From positions 1-53,396 of the forward strand of contig JAZNAD010000047.1 in NCBI GenBank assembly GCA_045586345.1: 53,396 nucleotides of DNA. Direction: 5' to 3'. Source of the stretch: Eubacteriales bacterium (GTDB lineage Bacteria; Bacillota; Clostridia; Oscillospirales; CAG-272). A model generated the notes under the pieces. That model saw only the letters and a list, made by a program, of their open reading frames with translations, did no database searches and was not told the DNA's origin. Of this stretch, positions 47,675-53,396 are shown in pieces; the first letter of the stretch is position 1, and every line of letters starts with the position of its first letter. The translations under genes and the position numbers were made by a program.

Positions 47675-48432
47675 TGCGGGCCTCCAAGGAGCGATGTGAG
47701 AAGCGTGTCAAGCATCTTGGCAAAATATGGAAGATATACCGGTAAAGTGGCAAGGAGTGCAACAAAGACGATGATGGCGGGGATCAGGAAGCGCAGGTCG
47801 TTGCCCTGCTTTTCAAAGCGGATCTCGGCGCGACGGCGGTGGATATCGTCCAGATAGTAGGAGGCAGTCAATACGTCAAAGCTCAGCGGTCCGGTGGGGG
47901 TGAGAAGGGCCGACAGGCGTTCGGTGGTCTTCTCGGGGGCCTCGGCCGTACCGACGCTCTCGGAAGCGGCGGCTTCAGCGGCGGCTTCAGCGGCGGCTTC
48001 AACGGCTTTTGCCGTTTGAGGCGCGAGCTCCTCCTCGGCGTGGATGGCCGATGCCTCGGATTCCTTCTCGGCAAGCTCGTCGTCAAGGCTGCGAAGCGGC
48101 TCGATCACGCGGCCGTCGGGCAGAACGACTGTGGTGAGCTTTCGCACAAGAGACGTGCGCGCAAGGAGAGCGCGGCGCAGTCCGAGGATGGGTCTGACCC
48201 CCAACTCATCAAGCGTTTTGGCCGTTTCGGGTGACGTAGCACCCTCGCGCCGGAGCAAAATAAAGAAGCGGCTGACAACGCGCTGGTAGAAGACGGTCGC
48301 AATGGCTGCTAAAAGGCCGCCAAGGAGCAATCCCACGATAAGAACCGAGAGATTAAAGGCGATCCCGCCCGGAGCTAGGTAATTATACGGGTTTTCTTCG
48401 GTCGCTAAAGCGACGAAAAAGGAAAGATTCAC
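47671..48432 (-). CDS. membrane protein of unknown function downstream of parB
   Basis: 253-aa ORF with a GTG start 3 nt after the parB stop and a GAGGA RBS. It has two TM regions and an acidic Ala/Glu linker. Confidence 0.6.
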   Translation of the reverse strand: MNLSFFVALATEENPYNYLAPGGIAFNLSVLIVGLLLGGLLAAIATVFYQRVVSRFFILLRREGATSPETAKTLDELGVRPILGLRRALLARTSLVRKLTTVVLPDGRVIEPLRSLDDELAEKESEASAIHAEEELAPQTAKAVEAAAEAAAEAAASESVGTAEAPEKTTERLSALLTPTGPLSFDVLTASYYLDDIHRRRAEIRFEKQGNDLRFLIPAIIVFVALLATLPVYLPYFAKMLDTLLTSLLGGPQ

Positions 48433-48435
48433 GGC

Positions 48436-49341
48436 TTATTCCTCGTCCATAAAGGCGTCACCGCACAAGCGGCGCAGAAATGCGTCGAGATCCTGGTTGT
48501 CCTCATAGTAGAAGGTAATGGTCTTTTTTCGCTTGCCTTCCTCGATGGTCACGCGGCGGCCAAGCTCGCGCATCAGTCGGTTCGAGAGCACAGCGGCGTA
48601 ATCGACCGAGAAGTTGGCCTTCTCGGAGGTATTTTCCACGGCCGCCTTCTCGGTGGCCTTTTTTGCGCGCAGAGCACGCTTGACCTGCTCCTCCAGCGTG
48701 CGTACCGACCATTCCTCGGCGATCGCGCGGCGAGCCATGGCGGTACGGTCACCGTCGTCACGGAGCGAAAGCAGGGTGCGGGCATGTCCTGCCGACAGAT
48801 CCTTGGCAGCCACGAGGGCCAGCACCTCGTCGGGAAGGTCCAAAAGACGCTCAAAGTTAGCAATGGCCGAGCGGCTCTTGCCGATCTTCTGCGAGATCTC
48901 CTCCTGGGTCATCCCGTAATCGTCGGCGAGGGCACGGTAGGCCATTGCCTCCTCAACGGGGTTCAGGTCTTCTCTTTGAATGTTCTCGACGAGGGCGATC
49001 TCGGCGGCCTCGCGCTCGTCCCCTTCGATAATGATAACAGGGACCTCAAGGAGCCCTGCCAGCTTCGATGCGCGCCAGCGGCGTTCGCCGGCAACGATCT
49101 GGTATTTGCCGTTCGGTAGCTCGCGCACGAGGATGGGCTGGAGCACACCGTGTGTGGCAATCGAGGCGGCCAGCTGCTCAAGCGGCTGGGTCTCAAAGGT
49201 CTTTCTCGGCTGACCGCTTTTCGGCTCGATCAGGCCGATACGGAGGCTGGTCTTCTGGCTTTCGGCGGTGTCCTCCACCGAATTTTCTAGGAAAAGCGCG
49301 TCAAGGCCTCTCCACTGTCCTTGCGGTTTTTTAGGCGGCAT
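48436..49341 (-). CDS. parB: chromosome partitioning protein ParB/Spo0J
   Basis: Start trimmed to MPPKKPQGQWRGLDALF after AAGGAG. The ParB box GERRWRA is present. Confidence 0.93.
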   Translation of the reverse strand: MPPKKPQGQWRGLDALFLENSVEDTAESQKTSLRIGLIEPKSGQPRKTFETQPLEQLAASIATHGVLQPILVRELPNGKYQIVAGERRWRASKLAGLLEVPVIIIEGDEREAAEIALVENIQREDLNPVEEAMAYRALADDYGMTQEEISQKIGKSRSAIANFERLLDLPDEVLALVAAKDLSAGHARTLLSLRDDGDRTAMARRAIAEEWSVRTLEEQVKRALRAKKATEKAAVENTSEKANFSVDYAAVLSNRLMRELGRRVTIEEGKRKKTITFYYEDNQDLDAFLRRLCGDAFMDEE

Positions 49342-49561
49342 AGATTCTCTCCTTATAGTTAACGGGCGACCGTACCGGCGCCGTCCGGCGTCGGTCTGCG
49401 GTTCGCGGGTGAAGCATGGGACCGGGGCGGTAGCATGGGAAGAAAAAGGGAAATAGGTCGAAACGGCACGAAAACGGCACAACCGCTTGGCAAACCGGGG
49501 TAACGCTCGGCAAAAGCGCTACACCTCGTCCAACAGCGCCACTTCTCTGTGGCTCCCTGTG

Positions 49562-50326
49562 TTATACGCGGAGTAGAAGCTCCTTGACCACCTCGCGGTA
49601 TTCAAGCGAGCTCTTTCCGTATGGGTCAAAGTACGAGATCGGACGGCCGAAGCCGGGTGCCTCGGCGAGCTTGACGCTCCGCGAGACAGTAGTCTTGAAG
49701 AGCTTGTCCGCATAATACTTCTTCAGCTCACCCTCCACCTGCGCCGTCAAAAGCAGGCGCTTGTTATACATTGTCAGGAGCAGCCCCGTGATGTCGAGCG
49801 AGGGGTTGTAGAGGCTACGCACCTTTTTGATGGTCAGATTCAGCTGAGAAAGCCCCTCGAGCGAGAAAAAGTCGCAGGGCATTGGAATGATAACACCGTC
49901 AGCAGCGGCCAGAGCATTGATCGTCAGCATACCAAGGGTCGGTGGGCAGTCGATTAGAATAAAGTCGTAGTCATCGCGAATGGGCGCAAGCGCGTTCACG
50001 ACGTTCTTTCCTCGCTCCTCGCTCGTGTGGAGGTCATATTCGGCTCCCACAAGCGAGATCGTCGAGGGGATCAGTGACAAATTCTTGAATTCGGTGACAA
50101 GAACGGCGCTCTTGGCGTCGGATTCCCCGATCAATACCTGATACGAGGAGATCTTTACCGATTTTTTGGCGATCCCGAGGCCGCTCGTGGCGTTCCCTTG
50201 GGGATCCATATCAACGAGAAGCACACGCTTTCCGCGCTTCCCGAGCTCGGCGGCGATGTTAATGACGCAGGTGGTCTTCCCTACGCCGCCCTTTTGGTTG
50301 GCAAAGGCCAGGCAAATGGCACTCAT
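49562..50326 (-). CDS. parA: chromosome partitioning ATPase ParA/Soj
   Basis: Start trimmed to MSAICLAFANQKGGVGKTT (deviant Walker A) after GGAGGG. The promoter lies inside the longer track ORF. Confidence 0.93.
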   Translation of the reverse strand: MSAICLAFANQKGGVGKTTCVINIAAELGKRGKRVLLVDMDPQGNATSGLGIAKKSVKISSYQVLIGESDAKSAVLVTEFKNLSLIPSTISLVGAEYDLHTSEERGKNVVNALAPIRDDYDFILIDCPPTLGMLTINALAAADGVIIPMPCDFFSLEGLSQLNLTIKKVRSLYNPSLDITGLLLTMYNKRLLLTAQVEGELKKYYADKLFKTTVSRSVKLAEAPGFGRPISYFDPYGKSSLEYREVVKELLLRV

Positions 50327-50432
50327 ACTGTCTTCCCTCCGTGGAGAAATGGTCGATGGTTGACGAAAGGCTTGCTTGAGCCTACTAAAAGGTCGCAAGA
50401 GCAACGGTTTTGCTAGTCTCTCGGTTACTATT

Positions 50433-50461
50433 ATTATATCACCGATGCCGGGTGCTGTCAA
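50433..50461 (-). promoter_or_regulatory. consensus sigma-A promoter of parA
   Basis: Minus strand: TTGACA, 17 nt, TATAAT. The -35 lies 3 nt from parS. Confidence 0.7.
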
Positions 50462-50464
50462 CGA

Positions 50465-50480
50465 TGTTTCACGTGAAACA
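50465..50480. promoter_or_regulatory. parS: parS centromere site
   Basis: TGTTTCACGTGAAACA is a perfect 16-bp palindrome matching the Firmicutes parS consensus TGTTNCACGTGAAACA. Confidence 0.9.
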
Positions 50481-50724
50481 TTTGTGATTTTCTCGGCCGG
50501 CTCTGTGCACGCAGCTGCACTGTTTGCTTCCGCGTCCGGCATCGCCCCATGCACTGCTTCCCTGTACCCCGCGCACTCCCCACTTCCTCCGTGTGCTTGC
50601 CTTCCTCGACACCCCTGCTCCCCGAAGGCCGCTTGTTTCCCCGCGCTTTCTGCGTTCTTTGACACGTGGCCTCGCCTCCTTGATTTTTCAAATGTTGGCT
50701 TTGGCAAGATCAAGCAAAAATCGT

Positions 50725-50740
50725 TGTTTCACGTGAAACA
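50725..50740. promoter_or_regulatory. parS: parS centromere site
   Basis: A second identical copy of TGTTTCACGTGAAACA. Confidence 0.9.
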
Positions 50741-51161
50741 TGGGGTGTCGGCTTTTTTGGCTTCTGGGCCTGCTTTTTGGCAAAACAAGCACACTTTTGG
50801 TGGCCGCGCCCGGTTTCCGGAGGCCTGCGCCAGCTTTTTGGGGGGCTACGCTTGCTTTATGAGCGGTGATGTTGTTCTCGCGGTTAATTTTGGATTGTGC
50901 CGCCGGCGGCTGTGACGCAGGACGGCTTTTGCCCATACGTCTTCCGGGGGCGTGGAGGCACGCCCCTGCCAAAAGGGCAAGAGTTCTCCGAGGCTTTTTT
51001 GCAATCACATACACTTCAAAAGGCCAAATGAGTGTAAAATGCACTAAAAAGCAAGATTTTGATTGCCTTGCGGTGTTTTTGCTTCGTTGGAGGTGACTTT
51101 TGGGGCGTGCTGCGCCCGAGGGAACGCGCGCCGCGCCGCCGGCTACCGTTTGTGCCTGGAG

Positions 51162-51221
51162 TTTTGACATTTTTACGGCGGTTTTTTGCGGGGTTTTTCT
51201 GTGGTTTTTGCGGAGGTTTTT
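51162..51221 (+). repeat. phased T-tracts including a tandem GGTTTTTGCGGrGGTTTTTCTG duplication
   Basis: T4-6 tracts start at 51162, 51170, 51182, 51194, 51205 and 51217, a spacing of about 11-12 bp. Confidence 0.7.
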
Positions 51222-51500
51222 CTGAATTTACCAAAATCTGCATAATTTTAAAGAGTCGAATTGTACAAAGATAAACAGGAAAAATAACACATATTTGGAT
51301 AGAAAATACAGCGCCACGTCTGGCAGATCGACGTGATGACAAAAGAGAAAAGGCGAGGATGGGAAACGAAATAACTCGGAGAATACAGTAGAGAAAACGG
51401 TTTCTCTAAAGAGAAATGAACTCAGAAGGGGCGAAGGTGGGACGGAGAGAGGATGTGGAAGGCGGCGGAGAAGAATGAATATATAAAAGTTGAAATATAC

Positions 51501-51610
51501 AAATTTTACCACCGATCTTTCTACGGAAATTTTACCGCCGCTTCTTGCATAGAAATTTTTACTGTCGATCTTCGCATCCAAACTTTTTTCGGCCGGTCTT
51601 GCATACATCC
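51501..51610 (+). repeat. iteron-like degenerate direct repeats (4 clear units of 26-31 bp)
   Basis: The four units are AAATTTTACCACCGATCTTTCTACGG, AAATTTTACCGCCGCTTCTTGCATAG, AAATTTTTACTGTCGATCTTCGCATCC and AAACTTTTTTCGGCCGGTCTTGCATACATCC. Confidence 0.65.
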
Positions 51611-52101
51611 ACTTGCCGATGGATTCTGCATACAAGGCCGTGTCGGCTGATCTTCTCGCTGTTTTCATTTTCGCGGCCGGGTATACCCGCAGGGCTGTAT
51701 CCTCGCGGGCCTTCGCCGTGTCCGTCCGTTAAGCTTTTGAAGGTGCATTTCCACAGGCCAAGGGGGATTCCCTCGGCCTTGCCCGGCGGAGGGGGCGGCG
51801 GACAGGGCGCGACGGACGGGGCGCTCCTAACGCGCGCCGAGGGGGCTTGAAAAGACTTTTTTGCGGTGTAGCTCCGCGCACCGAGGAGGCTTCGTCATTC
51901 GCATGCCGGTCCCCCCTGCGAAATGCCGCCAAAAAATGGGGTGCCCCCTTCCTTTTCCCTGACGCTCCGGGCGGGGCCTGACGGCCTTGAGCCGATACAT
52001 GCGATAGTATTTGTTAAAAACCAACAAAAAGTCTTGCAATTTTTGTACCGCCAAGCAGCCGAGATTCCTATGGGAAATCGAGGAAAGCCGCCCCCTGCCT
52101 A

Positions 52102-52131
52102 TTGACAAGAGGCGCTCTCCTATGGTAAAAT
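52102..52131 (+). promoter_or_regulatory. sigma-A type promoter of the last gene
   Basis: TTGACA, 18 nt, TGgTAAAAT (extended -10). Confidence 0.5.
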
Positions 52132-52234
52132 GAATTACTATAATAGGAGGGGTTTCCCCTTTTTCACCCCCGGTTTTCATTTGCCACGGCAAATTAAAAT
52201 AAATCCACAACACTTTTCAAAAAGGAGAATCCTT

Positions 52235-53396
52235 ATGAAAAAGCGCGCACTTTCCATGCTTCTTCTGGTTGTGATGGTGTTCGCGGCAGTGCCTCTCTCG
52301 GCATTCACCGCGGTTGCCACCGAGGCCGCGGGGAGCGGCACGGACTACACGGAGGAAGACTATAACGCCCTTTACGCCGACCAGGAGAACCTTGTGTTCG
52401 CCGTCGACTTCTTCGCGACCAACGAGTATTGGAATGCAGAGAAGTCGTACACGGACAACGCCACATGGACGACCAAAGCCAAAAACATGCTGAACGCCTA
52501 CCGCTGGAAGGGCACGCAATCCTTCAACATAGGCGCAGCCTTCCAGACAGGCTTTTCGCTTGCGGACGGCAAGGTGACCGTCACGGGCGAGGGTGCCGGG
52601 ACGGCTGAGTTCAAAATCGACAGCGTTGCCGCAGATCTGAATTACGGCTACGGCGAGGTGACCAGAGACGATGAGGGCAATGTTACCGGTTATACCGGCG
52701 GTGCCACGCAGGAGATCATCCGCTCCAGCCTTCCCACCGTCAACACCATCTTCGCCGTAGCGGGTGTTCGTTTTCAGGTCAACTCTGACGGGAAATTTTA
52801 CGGCTTAGGCTGTGGCTCGTCCCCCACCTCGGGCAGTAGTGCCGTCTCGCAGGCGGTGGGGACGTCAAGCAATGGTATTATCGCGGTGACCGGCGGGACT
52901 TCTCTCGCAGCGTTGCCGACCACCGTGCAGTCCTACCGCACCTCGATCATCCGCCCTAAACCTACGGGTATTGGCACTAACGCAAGCTCCATAGATTTCT
53001 ACAAATATAAAACGGTATATGTGAACAGCGAGGGCGCCGTTCTTACGGAAGCTGCCGATGGCTACAAGCCCGTTGAGGTGGTCGATACTACCACAAAGCT
53101 CACAAAAAGCGGCTACTCCTACGGTCGCTACAATCCCCATGTCAAGGTAACGCCCGAAAAGGTCTGGGACGGCACGGCGCTCGTTGACAACACCACGCAG
53201 TACAATGTTCTTGTTGACCGCTTCACCCCTGCTACCGGCTATGCCGCCTTCTATCAGGGCACGGACGAGGTGTATAAGAACGAGGCTCTTGCCTACCTTA
53301 ACAACACCTATGATATAGGTTCCAGCCTCCTTGCCTGGAGCGGTAGCTTTGGCGACATCTACGCCGTCCGCTACTACAAGGGCGTCCTGACCGACG
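52235..53396 (+). CDS. secreted protein of unknown function (N-terminal part; continues beyond the window)
   Basis: Own translation from the ATG at 52235 (RBS AAAGGAGAA) reads MKKRALSMLLLVVMVFAAVPLSAFTAVATEAAGSG..., a signal peptide. The frame stays open to the end of the window. It is not in the ORF track because it has no stop. Confidence 0.8.
   Translation, partial: MKKRALSMLLLVVMVFAAVPLSAFTAVATEAAGSGTDYTEEDYNALYADQENLVFAVDFFATNEYWNAEKSYTDNATWTTKAKNMLNAYRWKGTQSFNIGAAFQTGFSLADGKVTVTGEGAGTAEFKIDSVAADLNYGYGEVTRDDEGNVTGYTGGATQEIIRSSLPTVNTIFAVAGVRFQVNSDGKFYGLGCGSSPTSGSSAVSQAVGTSSNGIIAVTGGTSLAALPTTVQSYRTSIIRPKPTGIGTNASSIDFYKYKTVYVNSEGAVLTEAADGYKPVEVVDTTTKLTKSGYSYGRYNPHVKVTPEKVWDGTALVDNTTQYNVLVDRFTPATGYAAFYQGTDEVYKNEALAYLNNTYDIGSSLLAWSGSFGDIYAVRYYKGVLTD

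Noticed and set aside
50327-50713. 129-aa N-terminal extension of ParA (track ORF 49562..50713), analogous to actinobacterial ParA extensions containing parS
   Set aside because: A consensus promoter (50433-50461) and a strong RBS before MSAICLAFANQKGG lie inside the extension. The composition of the extension is not protein-like.
51228-51668. 146-aa minus-strand ORF and other 60-180-aa ORFs (50376..50915, 50688..51170, 51827..52213) in the gene-free region
   Set aside because: They lack an RBS, have low-complexity or repeat-derived sequence, and show no recognisable domain. They are treated as non-coding.
51501-51700. Possible CRISPR array
   Set aside because: The units abut each other without unique spacers, are degenerate, and no cas genes are present.

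Overview
This is a 53.4-kb chromosomal segment next to the replication origin. It comes from a high-GC (roughly 60 percent by eye), endospore-forming Firmicutes/Clostridia-type genome, judged from spoVAC-AD-AE, GGAGG-type RBSs and sigma-A style promoters. The window is gene-dense, with about 45 CDS. In order: (1) A nine-gene de novo purine operon on the minus strand: purE, purC, purF-like, purM, FNT transporter, purN, IMP cyclohydrolase, AICAR transformylase, purD. Its genes are tightly packed, several with overlapping stop/start codons, and it is preceded by a consensus promoter, a ZTP (pfl-motif) riboswitch and an intrinsic terminator. (2) An AbrB-like regulator, a YnbB-family PLP enzyme and a DMT transporter. 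(3) A duplicated 107-nt intergenic element. (4) A lipoprotein and two tandem paralogous giant parallel-beta-helix proteins. (5) ileS and a parvulin PPIase. (6) A ~1.7-kb low-GC island. Its first 690 nt have no ORF but are packed with inverted heptamers, short hairpins and palindromes. One orphan gene follows, encoding a wHTH / GHKL ATPase / STAS-like fusion. (7) spoVAC-spoVAD-spoVAE, small membrane proteins, an HD hydrolase and a GT2. (8) dnaA-dnaN-recF-remB-gyrB-gyrA, with a DnaA-box cluster in the dnaA-dnaN spacer (oriC). (9) A lipoprotein, an XRE regulator with P/A/V/E repeats, RNase J with a basic N-terminal extension, a PPTase, a CaCA antiporter and membrane proteins. (10) The parA-parB operon (minus strand) with two perfect parS sites, one abutting the parA promoter. 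(11) A 1.9-kb stretch with no credible ORF. It contains a recurring GC/T-tract/GG motif, phased T-tracts, a polypurine block and iteron-like 26-31-bp repeats. (12) The start of a secreted protein. I recognised no rRNA, tRNA, CRISPR array, transposase or integrase. The best candidates for something undescribed are the low-GC island (fusion protein plus its structured leader) and the ORF-free repeat region upstream of parA. Coordinates of hand-located non-coding features are accurate to about +-2 nt.
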